This document shows, one piece after another, positions 1 through 15,449 of a stretch of DNA of 64,000 bases. Every line of letters begins with the position of its first letter. The stretch's first letter is position 1. The notes under the pieces are model-generated. The model was not told the DNA's origin. It saw only the letters and a program-made list of their open reading frames with translations, and ran no database searches. The position numbers were made by a program, and so were the translations under genes. This stretch comes from the human T2T-CHM13v2.0 reference genome, Homo sapiens: NCBI RefSeq assembly GCF_009914755.1, contig NC_060941.1. One strand, written 5' to 3'.

Positions 1-2335
1 TCCCTGACCACATGGCAATCAAGTCACAAATTAGTAACAAAATATCTCATCAAAATATTCAAATATTTTAAAACAAAGTAATACACATCTAAATAACCCT
101 AGGTCAAAGACACGATGCAAAGAGAAATTAGAGAGTATTTTGAACTGAATGAAAATGAAAATACTACATATCAGGATTTGTGGAACACAGCTACAACAGT
201 ACTTAAAATTTTTTAGCACTTAATGTCTATATTAGAAGACTCTCAAGTCAATGGTCTTGACTTTTATCTTAAGAAACTAAAAAAAGAGAAGAAACTGAAA
301 AAGAAGAACAAATTAAACTCAAAGCAAGCAGAGGAAATGATACAATAAGCATCTGGTATTGTCTGACATTTGCATCCTCCCAGAACTCATATGCTGAAAC
401 TTAATCACAGAGGTGATGTTATCAGAAGCTGGGGCTTTGTGGAGGTAATTAGCTCATGGGAGCCAAGCCCTCATTAGTGGGATTAGTGCCCTTATATATA
501 TAGACCCCAGAGGGCTCATTCACCTGTTCTGCCATGTGAGGACACAGGGGGAAAAAAGAGATCTATGAACCAGGAATTGGTCCCTCACCAGACACCAAAT
601 CTGCCAGCACCTAGATCTTGGACTTTTGTGAGAAATCTATTTCTGTTGTTTATAAGCTACCCAGTCTATGGTATTTTGTTATAGCAGGCCGAACAGACCA
701 AAACATCAAAGATGAAACCAATAAAATGGAAAAACAATAGGAAAAAAATCAATAAAACCACACACTATGAGGAGGTCAATAAAAGTGATAAAACTCTAGC
801 CAGGTTGATCATAAAAAAGAAGATGCAAATTACTAATTTCAGAAACATAGTAATATGACATTTTTATAGATTCTACAGATACTAAAAGAATAGAAATATA
901 ATAAGGTAAGCTTTATGTGACTAAACATGACAACTTTGATAAAATGGACACTTTCCCTGAAAAACAAAAATTACCAAGGTCCAATTTAAGAAGGAATAAC
1001 ATGAACTGTCCTATATCTATAAAAGAAAGCATAAGTAAAGCCTTCCTAGAAAGAAAACTCCAGGCCCAGATAGCTATGCTGGTGAATTCTACCAAATATT
1101 TAAGAAGCAATATAACAATTTTACATGACCTGTCCCCCGCCCTCAAAAAAAAAAAAAAAATAGAGGAGAAATACAACTCATTCTGTCACTCTAGCATTAC
1201 CCTGAACCAAAATCTGACAATGATATTACAAAAAGAGAAAACTCCCTCATGAACACGGACGTAAAAATGTAACCAGTTTCTCAAGAAACCAAGATATCCT
1301 CCTTTAGGTGAGTGAACAACTTCTGGTACAGCCATGCGATAATGAGCTATCATGCCATGAGAAGACATGAAGGAACCACAAAGGCATATTACCAAGTGAA
1401 AGATGCCAGTCTAAAGGCTACACGCTGTCTGATACCAACTAAATGACATTTTGGAAAAGGCAAAACTATAGACACAGTAAAAAAAGTCAGTGGTTGCCAA
1501 GAGTTGGGGAGGGAAGGTGGGAAAAGATGAACAGATGAAGCACAAAGGAGTTTTAAAGCTCTGAAATTACTTTGGATAATACTACAGTGATAAATACATG
1601 TCCTTATACTTTTGTCCAAATTCACAGAATATAAGACACCGAGACTGAACCCTAATATAAACTATGGACTTTGGGTGATTATGATTATCAATTCAGGAAC
1701 ATCAATGAGATCAAGTGTAGCACTCTGGTGAGGATATTGATAATTGTGGAGGCTATGCACGTGTGGGGGCAGGGAGTACAGGGATAATCTCTGTGCCTTA
1801 CTTTCAATTTTGCTGTGAAGCTAAACTACTCTAAAAAATAGTCTTTTAAAACGCTCTAAATAAAGCTTTGGCAAATCAAATCCAATGATACATTAGAAGG
1901 ATAATACATCATAAACAAGTGGGGTTTATCCCTAAATACACGGTTTGTTTGACAGTAAAATATAAGTATTCACCACATTAAAAAACTAAAAGAGAAGAAC
2001 CATATGATCATCTCAGTAGATAGAGGCATTTGATAAAATACAACATTCATTCCTGATTTAAAAAAAAAAAAATCCCTCTCAGTAACCAAAGAATACAAGG
2101 GAACGCCATCAGCATGATAAAGAGCATCTCTGATAAACCTACAACTAACATGTGTCATGATGAAAAACTGAATGCTTTCCCTGTAAGATCAGGAACAATA
2201 CAGGAATGTCTCCTTTCACTATTTTAGTCAGCATTGCACTGAAGCCAGTGCAGTTAGGAAAGAAAAGGAAATAAAAGCTACCTGAGTTGAAAAGAAGAAG
2301 TAAAACTCTCTTTATTCACAATCATGATCACATAA
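1..2335 (+). mobile_element. Old L1 (L1M-type) ORF2 fragments, interrupted by an LTR and an L1MC-like 3' end
   Basis: A-rich degenerate ORF2-like text (ttgataaaatggacactttccctgaaaaacaaaaattacc; gcatttgataaaatacaacattcattcctg; aaactctctttattcaca). Confidence 0.75.
354..706 (+). mobile_element. MaLR solo LTR (MLT1A/MST-like)
   Basis: gggattagtgcccttata ... atttctgttgtttataagctacccagtctatggtattttgttatagcag hallmark. Confidence 0.85.
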
Positions 2336-2336
2336 T

Positions 2337-2515
2337 AGGGATGGGTAAAATCCAACCTGCGGAGCAGCTTCTTATTTTTGCAAATAAAGTTTTAATGGAA
2401 TGCAGCTGTGTTTTTTAACATATGTATTGTCTATGGCTGGTCTCATACTACAATGGCAGAGTTGATTGGCTGTGACAGAGACCATTTTGTCACAAGTTTA
2501 AAATATTTACTATGT
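2337..2515. mobile_element. MER58-like hAT MITE
   Basis: ttttgcaaataaagttttaatggaa...tacaatggcagagttg...aaaatatttactat. Confidence 0.7.
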
Positions 2516-3549
2516 TTAGTAAGATAACAGTTTGAAAATGAAAAGGTTTGACTATCTTTGGTGTATGTAAAAAAGCTGATTGAATCGAATCTCAATTTTA
2601 AATGTTCATAAGCTACCCAGATTGGAAAAGACAGTTCACAGGTGGCAAATAAGCATATACAAGATGCTCAACATTATTAGTCCTTAGGGTAATGCACATT
2701 AAAACCATAATGATATGCATAATACACATCCATCAGAATGGCTAAAATTTCAAAATTTAAAAACAGCAATAATAAGAGCTTGTGATGATACAGAACAACA
2801 AGAAATGTCGTATACCTCTGGATGGAATGCAAAATCAATACAAATACTTTGGAAAACAATTTAGCAGTTTCTTAATAAAGAAAGACAAAGGGACAAGAAG
2901 AGACTTTTATGGATGATGAACATGTTAGCTCTCTTGATTATGGTGGTTTCAAATGTGCACACGATTGTATATTTTATATACGTGCAGTCTATCACATATC
3001 AGTTATACCTCACTGAAGCTATCAGTGCTGGAACAAACATATAAGACACAGAGTGGGACACAGAGAAAGAGAAGAGTAAAAACGATGCAGGATAAAGCTA
3101 GAGGATTCAGATCTCTAACCTTACAGCAATAAGAAGTAGTAGCTGAGTTATAAGCAAAGGAGTAACATGATCAGATCCAAATTTTTAAAAATTTATCATT
3201 ATGATTGCAGAGTAGACCATGGTTTTAGGAGGTGGGGTATTTGGGAAAACAGTTCTAAGATTCCTAAGATTCTCGCAGCATTCCAGGTGGAGAAAAAAAT
3301 GGTAACCTGACATTGGGGGAAGGAATAGGAGAGAAAGAGTCAACAAAAAGACTGGGAATGCCACTCACACTGAGAGAAGTACAGTGGAGTTATCATAGCT
3401 CTTTGGCGTAGAGTATAAGCTAGTTCTCTATTTTAACACTGAGCGTATTTCTGAGATGAGCTTCACTATCACGCGTCAGTTCTCAGCAATGTATACACAC
3501 ATTACTGCAGGATACATCAAAAGGCCTTGCATTTATGCAGTGGTCCTAC

Positions 3550-3691
3550 CTTTATACTCCATTCTAAGTTGTTCAATCAGCAACATAAAATTCTCATAAA
3601 CAGAGTGAGACAATTCACAATCCTCTGAGGCTATTTCAGATGGCTCCATTGAGTCAGCAAAGTCAGCCTCAGGATATATTTGGTTTTTGAC
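3550..3691 (-). CDS. CCDC144B: CCDC144 coding exon 8 (VKNQIYPEADFADSMEPS...LRMEYK)
   Basis: acceptor cttatag|, donor AAG|gtagga; 142 nt. Confidence 0.9.
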
Positions 3692-3976
3692 CTATAAGAT
3701 AAATAATACTGTTTCAAAATGTCCTTCAAAGATTTATAGCATATACTAAAGGTACAGAAGTGGTATTTCTCCATTTTTTTTGTATGAGCAAAAATACAGG
3801 TACTTCTTAAAGCAACAGATTGTTCTTAAAAGGTACCATTATCAACGGTTACTGTTTCTTCATCACTTTTTCTAAGCAAACAGCCTTACAACAAAACATC
3901 TTGTTTTTTTCATTTTTACCTTTTAGAACTTGTTTTTTAAAAACAATATTTTAGATCATTTCCTTTTTTACAATAC

Positions 3977-4010
3977 CTTGTTCTTTTCATTAGCTGTTTT
4001 ATCTGCAGGC
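3977..4010 (-). CDS. CCDC144B: CCDC144 coding exon 7 (PADKTANEKNK)
   Basis: acceptor ttttttcag|, donor AAG|gtattg; 34 nt, frame-consistent. Confidence 0.88.
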
Positions 4011-4459
4011 CTGAAAAAAAAAAAACAATTCCTTTTAGAAAAATAGCAAAGATGTAAAATACAAAGAATATCTAACACTACTGTTTTATCATATAAAATG
4101 TCTGCATTTGTGTTACTTCTATTCATCAAGTGTATAGGTAATTTTTTTTACAGGTAATGTAAAATGCAGTAATTTTCTACAACGGACATTAAACTATAAA
4201 CAGAAACAGCAACATTAAGGGATAAAGAAATTTACTACTACTAATATAATTACAAAGAATTAAATTTAGGTCAAGATTTCTCATAGTAAAACCAAAAGAA
4301 AAAAACATGTTACCTGCATTATGTGATAAAAATAAATATACCAGGGTCTTCTCATTGTTGTCCTTTTCAATAAAAACAAGCTTTTACGGGCACTAAAACC
4401 TATTTGGAAAATATTACTCACATTCTTATATAAGGGAAACCCTTTTTTAATGATGATAT

Positions 4460-4695
4460 TAGTAAGCTTTTTCTGGACTTACTATGCAGGTACTGTGCAT
4501 CATTCTGAGCACTGTCCATGTGTCAAACTCATATAATCCTCATAACAATTCTGTGAGGTCAGTAACATATTAAGAATTTTATAAAGAAAGAAAATAGGCA
4601 CAGAAGGGCCAAGTGACTGTCCTCAGCCCATACAGCTGGTCAGTAGCAGACCCAGAACTCAAACCCAAGAATTCTGCCTCAAAAACATGTGCTTC
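4460..4695 (-). mobile_element. MIR SINE
   Basis: aatcctcataacaattctgtgagg...ggcacagaaggg..aagtgactg..cagctggtcagtagcagacccagaactcaaaccca. Confidence 0.75.
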
Positions 4696-5080
4696 ATGAT
4701 ATGCTGTGAAGGTAACATTTATTTTCAAGTGTTTTAAAGAGAGATGATAGCAGATGAACCCACATTGTCATTCCATTTCTGACTACAACTATAAATAATG
4801 TCAGAATCTTGCAATTTTTTTCTAATAAAAAAACTTTATACAGAGGCAAGTTTAGAAACCTACTTTCAAAAAACTAAAAAGTATTTTTAATGAAATCCAT
4901 CAACAGGTATTCATTCATGTATTCACCCATTCATTCACGCGTTCAACAAATAAATACTCATTGAGCACACAATACATGCTGATGGCAATGTTGGTCCAGG
5001 GAAACATGGTTTTGATACTTCAGAACTTTATAATCCATTGTAGGTCAACTTGATTAAATATTTTTTAAAAAAACTTTATA

Positions 5081-5476
<396 letters not shown>

Positions 5477-6806
5477 CTAAACAACTATAAAGTTGATACT
5501 CCTGACATTTTAGAGTACCTCAGCAGATCATACCTATTCATCAGGGATGTTTAAATTCTATTCAGTATGGCCTAAGTGTTTGCATGTTTATTATTTCACA
5601 ATTAAAAACAATCTGCATATGATAGTTTAAATTTTAGGTCACCATTCACAGGTTCAGTTATGCTAATATGTTACATTTCTGAACCAATGCTGAAGGAACA
5701 AACTCTTACCATAAAACTCTACATGAATAAACACTTTAAGGACAATTAGTTTGCTAAAAACCTACAAAAGATAGTGAACCGAGCTTTCAAACACTTAGAC
5801 ATACAAAATTAAATCTCATAAACATGTTATCCTTGTCCCTATCATTCCCAGCAGCATACAAACACACTCTAAAAGCTTCTATTTTGAAATAAAAAAGAAA
5901 GAAAATTCCCTTGAATCCCACATTCTTCTTCAATTATCACTCATTTCTCTGTTGCCTTTCCCAATAACGGTTCCCTCAAGGGGTATCTATGCTTATCCAC
6001 TACAGTCAGGATTCCACAGCAATTATTTATTGAAACTGCTCCTTGTCAAAGTTACCAGCCCTCATCATAATCAGTCTTTCAGCATTGATATAGTTGAGTA
6101 TTCTCTAGCTTTGGCAGACTACACTATTTTCTATTTCCAGAAAAAGTAACCACTGGGAATATTCCTTCTCAGAGAAATAAAGAACTTATACATTTTAACT
6201 TCTTTCAACCTCATCTATTTCACTTAAACTGCTGTCATCATCTCCTTGTAGCAGACCACAAGTTACTAAATTAGCCTTCTCAAACACTGGCGTAATCAGA
6301 GATTATTTTGAGGTACATTTTTTATTTTCATTTTTCTTTACTTCCTGCATATGTAACGCAGAACCACAACTTTAAAAAATCTACAAAAGGCCAATGTTTT
6401 ATAATAATTCTACTGATAACAAAAAAATTTTGTAAAATTCCAACTCTTCTCCATCTCAATTCATTAATTCAAAAAACACAGTTATGAATTATCAACAACA
6501 TATAAAGAAATATATATTTCCTGCCTCAAAAACCAGGTAATATGCAATTATGATACAATGTGTAGTTTAAGAGTTGATATATGGAAAGTTATATTTTAGC
6601 ACAAGGAAGGCGTTACAGAAGAGGCAAAATATAAGAGGAGCTCACCAGGGAAAAAATAGAGAAAACTACTCCCCTTGGAGAATGGAATGACAGCACAAAG
6701 ATTAGTCCCATGGAGTCTAGGTGTTTCCTAGGAACTTGAAAGGAAAAGTGTAAAACACAAAGAAAGTAAGAATGGAAGATGAATGCCACACTAAAAAGCT
6801 GGAGTC

Positions 6807-7481
<675 letters not shown>

Positions 7482-8959
7482 TTAAATATAATAATGTTTA
7501 AACAGATTAAAGCAAGTTTTAAAAATAACAGGCACATATTACATGAAAGAAATCAAGGAAATGTCTCGGGAAGAAAAAAATCTTAGTGTTAAAATTCCTA
7601 AATGTCAGTATAGTCATTATATATTGTTCAAAAATAGCACTATTCTGATTAGTTATATGTTTGTTTGAAAATAAAATAATTTGGTAAATTTCCCACATAT
7701 TTAGTCTAGTACTTAGTCTTAATATAAAAAGCTGGATTTGCCAGCAGAAAATTGTAATTACTTTTTTATGAAGTAAACACACATTATATCACTATCATTG
7801 CATGGAAGAGAAAGTGAACAAAAAAAGATTAAGGAATAAAAAAAGAATATCACTATCATATAACTACATACATTAACAAAGAGACAAACATTTCCCACTG
7901 GAGATTAGGAGTTTAGCAGAAGTCTCTGAAAATACTAAAAACTGAAACAAAATTAATAATTGCTTTTCATTTGTTTGTTTGTTTGCTTGTTTTTTAACTA
8001 TGTAGCGAATTCTTCTGGTTAAGACTAAGCATCAAAAAAAGAGATCTTCCTGAGAGCAATTATTAAACAATTCCTCTTGACCCACACTTCCAAATTAAGT
8101 CTATAGTTCTGGAATATGAAATCATTTTCATTTTAAACATAGTTGATGGAAGGCAACTTTTAAACAGAAAACTGCAGTTTAAAGTTGTCTCAAACTTAGT
8201 AGCTATATTTGTAACAAGCAACCACCCACAGCCAGTTGTAAATACAGTCAATCATCAGTGACCATTGGCCTCTCTCACCAACCAATATCAATGTGGGCCA
8301 CTTGCTTCGGAAAGACAGCCAATTAAACACAAACTCGCTCCAATCCACAAGCCTGGGAGTGTTAACCAACCCACAGCAGCCTCACTCAGATAGCCATGTT
8401 TCTCCAGATGATGTTAACCCTCCTATGCCGCTGAGAGTCTGCCAATGCTTCAAGTCCGCTCCTCCCGCAACCCTATGTAAGATCAACAGCTGCTCTGTCA
8501 GAATACAGAGTGCCTGATGAGCATAGCTCTCTTATAGAAAGCAACACATTCCAACTTGGTCTTTTAACTTCAAATACTGAAGGTTCATAATCAATTGGAA
8601 ACAATTTTAAGTCCATTAAATTTACCACCCTTATATTTTAATTTTCTTTATAAATCACCAATGAACTATGTAATTCCTTTGATCCATTTTATCATAAGTA
8701 AAACTATCATGATTATTAGTAAAAGAATAAATAGTGAGTAACGACAATATTGAGCTTTTCTCTCTAAATGGAAAACTATTAATACAAAGAATGTAGCTTA
8801 TTACAAAGAGCCAAAAAATCCAAAAACGCATATAATTTCCAGGCAAAAGTGTTAGAATGAACCCATGTGAAACCTTTTTTTTTCTTTTCTTTTTTTTTTT
8901 TTTTTTACCTAAGAATCAATCTAATGTTTAAAACAATACACCGAAGGGTAAACTTCAGT

Positions 8960-10380
8960 TGCTCATTTAATAAATATTTATTGAGTAGCTACTTATTGCA
9001 AGCTAGGCCCTTTTCTAGGCACACAAACATCCTACTCATGGGAGTGAAATAAACACAATAACCATAGATAGATTAGGCAAAATATACAGTGTTAAAGGAG
9101 AAAAACTAAAGCAGGAAAATGAAATGTTTACAGGTTTGAGAGGAGGGATAGTGGGAATTCTAGGATGGCCAGAAAAGTCCTTACTGAGAAAGGGGCTTTT
9201 AAGTAAAGAACTGAAGAAATGGAAAAAGAAAGCCAGGAGGCTATCTGAGGAAAAGGCATCCCAGACACAGGGAACTGCCCAGTACAGAGGTGTGCCTGGG
9301 GTGTTTAAGCAACTGTGATAGATAACGAAGAGCAAGAAGTTTAGTGTAGCTGAAGCACAGCAAAGGGAATAAGAAACAGAAGTTTAAGTGAGAGAGAGAA
9401 CAGGGCATATTGTGTGTTGCCTTCTAGGTATGAGGAGGAACCCTGACACATACTCAGAGTGAAATGGGAGGCAATCAGATGGATCTGAGCAGAAGAATGA
9501 CATCATCTGACTTATGTTTTAAGTATGGCCACTGAGTTAAGGATTAATGAAAAGAGGTTTCTTTAAAAAAAAAAACAGACCAATTAACAGTCTATTACAT
9601 GCGTCTAGAGAGCAGATGGTGGTGGCTTGGAAATGGAAGATATGACTGGCTTCTGGATATATTCTTCAGGTACTCCTGACAAGATCTGCTGACAGATTAG
9701 ATGTGAGGTGTCAGAGAGAGAGGGGAGTCAATGACGACACCTTAGTTTCTAGCAGAGCAACTGCAAGAGTTGCCATTAATGCAAGTAGGAAAGACCATGT
9801 GAGGGGTAGGTATGAGAAAGAATATCGGTACCCCAATCTTGGACCTGGTAAGTTTGTGATACCCAACAGTTCGTGACCAATCAAACAGAGATGTCAAGTA
9901 GGCAGGTTGGTATGGAAGTCTGGAATTAAGGAGAGAGATCTAGGCTGGAGACACGCATTTGGAAATCATTAGCACACACAAGGTAGTAAAAGTCATGAGA
10001 AAGAAGATTGAGGACTGAGTCCTGGGACATATCAGTCCTGGGACATATCAATGTGTAAAAGGTGGGATATGAGAAGAAAGCAAAACAGACTATGACAGAT
10101 GGACTGGAAAGGCAGGAAGAAAAGCCAGGTGAGTGAGTGAGATCCTGAAAGCCAAGTGAAGACACTGTTATGGAGGAGAGAGTTTTCCATTGGGTCCAAT
10201 ATTGCTGACAGGTTAAATAAAATGAGGTCTAAGAAACAATGTCTAGATTTACAAATCAATGGTAAACTTGAGAACAACAATCTTGGAAGAGTGGTGGGAG
10301 TGAAAATTACTCGTATCAGCTCAAGAGAGAATGGACAAGAAATCTGAATCCATGAGTATAAACCATTCTTTCAAGGCCAG
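8960..10380 (-). mobile_element. L2 LINE fragment
   Basis: cattt aataaatatttattgag 3' end followed by a purine-rich degenerate body. Confidence 0.7.
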
Positions 10381-10947
10381 CATACGTAGGGGCATGACTG
10401 TAGACGATCTAATTTTCTTCTTGTTTAGCTGTATTTTTCAATTCTTATATAACTATATACTATATTTTTAACCTTTAAAAGTTTTTTTAAATCATATCTA
10501 TATGGCATTTTTGAAATGCCAGATGAAGGTATTAAATAAAAATTCATTAACTTATAAAACCAAAAGACCTCTTGAACATTTCTAGATTATATAAGCTGAT
10601 TATCATTTTGCTCATCCTTATGCATAAAGACCAAAGAAGACTAAAAGTTTCAGGAGAAGTATTTCTTGCTTGATAAAAATCAACTAACTCTAGAATATTT
10701 TATACTCATCAAATATACAAAGTAATAGTCAAAATATGGAATTCTATGACAAGAATAAAAGGGGACAAGGGCAGAAAATAATCTTATTTTGTAAATCAAA
10801 TTTGTCTAAATTATATGAAGCTACTGTTGAAAAATATGGTGTGTTTCCTACTGAAATACATTATCTTTTAAAAGAAAGGATAATGGCATGCATGTAGGGT
10901 ACCTTTAAAAAGAGGATTCACTGCATAACAGCACCTTGGTTTTAGCA

Positions 10948-11110
10948 CAAGGATCAACAAATCGGTGCTTGTGGAGCAAATCCAGCCCACTGCCTGTTTT
11001 CATAAGGAAATTTCCTTGAAATGCAGCCACACTTATGCCCTTTATAATTCACAAGGCCTAAAATATTTACTAACTGGCTCTTTACAAAAAGAGCTGTCCA
11101 ATTCTTGGTT
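10948..11110. mobile_element. MER58-like hAT MITE
   Basis: caaatccagcccactgcctgttttc...ggcctaaaatatttactaactggctctttacaaaaa. Confidence 0.7.
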
Positions 11111-12076
11111 CAGTAGAGCTAAGATCCTCTGTTGTATTTTAGTAAGTTTTACCCAGTATATTGAAAAGCTGACACGGAACATGAATCCCCATTTGCCATC
11201 CCTTGGCAATATTCAGATTAATTTGAGGATCTGGTATTTCAGCACTCACACATGGACAGCAAAAAACAAAAATTTAATAACTAGAATTCTGTTGCTAACA
11301 AGGTACAGTGTCAATGTAGCATGTAGCTAGCTTCCTTTTGTAACTCAGCAGATATTACGAGAATTCCAACAAAACTGGCTTAAGATGTGTCATCAAACTA
11401 AAGGCTTTAAATAGACTTTAATTGTGAAATAATCAGTACACTCCTGGTCTAACAACTTCTTTTATTAAAATGAGTGCATGCTACATTATTTTCTGGGTAT
11501 GACAATTGTACTATTTCCTTATTGCTAAGGATTTAGACTATCTCCAACTTCTTGATATTACAATGCTATAATAAATATCCTTATACATAAGTATATATGT
11601 AACATATATAAATATCCTTGACATAAATATATCATATATACTTAACATTATATATATTTAACCTATTAGCCTATTGTATGTTACATACTACATGTAATAA
11701 ATGTCCTTAACACATATGTGTATGTGTTTACACAAGTCATATTTTCCTGTAGGATCTTGTCCCAAAAGTGAAGTTGTTAGGTTAAAGAAGTGACATATTT
11801 GAAATTTTGATACATGCTACTAAATTACCCTGCAAAAAGGATTCATCAATTTCATTTAACAAGTGTATGAAAATGCCTTTTTCTTCACATTTGCCAATAC
11901 CTCCTATTTTTTAAATAAAATATCAATATGATTGGAAAACATGGTGTCTCATTGTTAGTTTGCATTTTTCTGATAACCAAGGAAGGCTGAATATCCTAGT
12001 AAAAGTATAAAATCTGTTCATCATGAATATTAGCCCAAATTAGGATTCATTTCATAGCACATAATTGTCTCCTGTT

Positions 12077-12399
<323 letters not shown>

Positions 12400-12433
12400 A
12401 ATTGTCTCCTGTTAAACGCTGCTATAGGCTTAC

Positions 12434-12570
12434 CTGTCATGCTCTTCATTTTCCTTCCTAGGAATCTGCTGATTTAGTCCATCATCATCATTGCCAACAG
12501 TAGTACCATCAGTTAGGGTTCCTGATAATTCTGTGCTATTACTTCTGTGCTTCTCCATTTCTTCTTCAAC
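12434..12570 (-). CDS. CCDC144B: CCDC144 coding exon 6 ([12 protein letters not shown]...ENEEHDR)
   Basis: within ORF 12430..12618; acceptor ctcaag|, donor CAG|gtaagc; 137 nt. Confidence 0.9.
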
Positions 12571-13883
12571 CTTGAGTGAGAGTTTGATGTTCAGGATGAT
12601 TCTTATTGCTTTATTCAATACAAAGAACTTTTTTCTGTTTGCATTGATTTCATCATCACTTGACTCAGTTTAATTATAATTTTAGTCATTAAAATATTTG
12701 GTGCTTACTTTAATTTTATCACATCTGGAACTATCATCATATAATTATAATTATTATAATTTTATCATCAACATTTTTGTAAAGTCAGCTTCATTTCTGT
12801 TTCAATGAATGAGACAGAATTTTCCAAAATTTCAACCAGGGCCCTTCTTAATTTTGTGCTTTTATTCCCAACCACCCTTCACTATGTATTATGAATTTTT
12901 ACCTCATTTGACTGGCACAAACATGGAAATAAGAAGATAAAGACACAAAGCGTGTCTTCTTCTGTCTTTGCCACTTGACTTTCATATTAAACAGCCAGAT
13001 TGAGAGGATACAACACTGTGGGGTTTCAGGAAAAGAAAGGAAGCTTTCCCTTTTCTGCACTAAGCTATTCTTTTCCCCCACTAACTTTTGTCTTTTTTTT
13101 TTTTTTTTTCATTTGAATCCTGAGATATCAAAAAGGTGAAGGTGCTTACTGAAATACAAGTCTGCCACAACACAAAAAGCAGAGTGAAACTGCTGAGCTA
13201 GGGTGGAATTCTGGAAATGAGATGCTTCCCAAATTTCACATTCAATAGCCATAAAAGTTTATAGCTGGAGGATATACAGTATAAGAATCTACTTTAGCTC
13301 ACTCTCTATTGATAACTGGGCTAAAGCCAAAAAAGATTAAAATGATTGATCCAAAGCCCCTAAAGTGCCATTACCTAGCATTTTGTGGCACCAAAAGAGA
13401 CAGTACAATTCCATAATGCTGAATCAGACAAATTCAGCAAATTAATCAGATAGGTTAAAAGTGTGACTTGGGTAAAATAATTTAATGCCTTAGCAGAGGG
13501 TGGGAGGCCTGCCCTAATCAATGTAGAAGACTCGGCTTTCTACTTTGGCATCATATACTAAGTGTTTGGCTGAGCATTTATGCTACTTACATGGAAAAAA
13601 TATATATGCCAAAACTTACTGTACTTTATTAAGCAACATAACATAAAGGTCTGATTCAACAGAAACAGTGGAGAGTAGTTATATTAACAAATATATTAAA
13701 GTGTATATACTTGTTGTTGAAAAATATTTAAAGTGGTCATGATGCAATTCTAAGTTCCAACAGTTTGAGTTAAACAGATAAACCTGAAAAGCACAATAAA
13801 CAGATTCATTGGCCAGGAATATTTGCTGCAGCTCTCAGGGCTGGATACTTCTTTTTTCTTTTCTTTTTTTTTTTTTTTTAGTA

Positions 13884-14185
13884 AGAGATGAGGTCTCACT
13901 ATGTTGCCCAGGCTGGAATGCAGCAGCTATTCACAGGCACGATCCCACTACTGATCAGCACAGGAGTTACTTATGACCTGCTCCATTTCCGACCTGGGCT
14001 GGTTCACCCTTCCTTAGCAAATCTGGTGGTGCCCCGCTCCCAGGAGGTCACCATATTGATGCCGAACTTAGTGTGAACACCTGATCGGCATAGCACACTA
14101 CGGCCCAGAATGCCTGGCCTCAAACGATCCTCCTGCCTTAGGCTCCCTAGTAGCTGAGACTACAGGTGTTTGCCACCACGCCTGC
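13884..14185 (-). pseudogene. Full-length 7SL (SRP RNA) retrocopy, RN7SL pseudogene
   Basis: The reverse complement contains the S-domain absent from Alu (gatcccactactgatcagcac...caccatattgatgccgaacttagtg). Poly(A) tail at about 13850-13880; degenerate TSD tggatactt / tagatacatt. Confidence 0.93.
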
Positions 14186-14609
14186 TAGATACATTTTTAT
14201 ATCTCTTCTTAGTCATTGCTTCCTTTCTACTGTATTCCCATCTTATTGTTAGACACAACTCATCTTTAAGTCGGTAAAAGGAAAAAGCCCTCAAGCTCAT
14301 CACATTTCCTTTAGCGATTTTCTTGATGCCTCTCCTGGTTCTGAAGGTCACATGATATATGGCTACATGAGTTTCACAATCCATACGCCACTTGGAAGAC
14401 TGACAGAGAGACTTAGGTCAATTAAGAAACAAAGATTATGAGAAAGTTTTCCTAAACTCCTATTACTTAGAAATCCTCTGTTTCTACACACAATTACAGA
14501 TTTAGACAACCAAACTGTATGCTTTTCATATGCTTTTCCTAAGTGGAAAATCAGAATGGACCAGATAATTGAGAGAAAAAACAAAGAGTGGCAGCAAGTA
14601 AAACCCTAC

Positions 14610-15449
14610 CTCTTTATGAAGTTGAACATTTTCTTTCTTCAAAGCCAGGAACTCTTCTTCTAATGTGTTGACCTCATTCTTAAACTTTTGCATGTCTTGC
14701 TGTAATTCTTCATGTAGATATACTTCTGATGTTCTGTCAGAATCTGGTGGTAAAGAACTCAGATTTTCTAATTTAGGTTTCAGGCTTTTATAGTTATTTG
14801 TACTGCCACTGTCACTATTTTGGTTCATATTTTTTGTCATTTGCAAATCAAACTCTTGGTCTTCTTTCATTTCAACCGTAACCACTTCTGGGTTCCTTGC
14901 TTTCTTAGTGCTTGCATCATTATGAAAGTTGTTATCTGTACTAAAAATATGTCCAATGCCTAGTTTGTTATCATTGTCGCAGTCTAATTTATTTTCATGT
15001 AAATGAAGCTTAGAAGATGACTGGCAAACATGTTCCTGGGACCCAGAGTACGGATGATAGTATGGATGGATGATATTTTTGAGACTGGGTTCTTTTTGTT
15101 CAGGAAATGTCTCGAATACCACTGAGACAGATATTTCAGATGCATCTTCTTCCTCACAACCAGGTATGTTATTTGTCAAATTAAAGGGAATATCCTTCAC
15201 ATCTGTTCCTCTTGTAGAGTTATCAAGTAGTGGCTCTTCCTCAGGACAAGCCGGAATTTTGTATTTTTCATAAATTTCACCAAACCTCTGCTTTAACTCA
15301 TTTATGACGAGTTTTAATTGGTTTTTCCACTCTAATTTGCCTTGTTCAATCCACATTTCCTCAGATTTTTGCACATGAGGAAGTACTGGATATATAGGTA
15401 TATCCTCTCTATCACAATCCTTAGCCATTTCTGGTTCTTGAGACGTTTT
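14610..15449 (-). CDS. CCDC144B: CCDC144 coding exon 5 ([12 protein letters not shown]...ENVQLHKE)
   Basis: within the 311-aa ORF 14526..15461; acceptor ctgcag|, donor GAG|gtaggg; 840 nt. Confidence 0.93.

Noticed and set aside
10018-10050. Perfect 16-bp direct duplication agtcctgggacatatc
   Set aside because: Simple slippage duplication inside an old L2; nothing is inserted between the copies
14526-14609. C-terminal tail VGFYLLPLF... of the 311-aa ORF
   Set aside because: Lies beyond the exon 5 donor (GAG|gtaggg); it is intronic unless retention is shown
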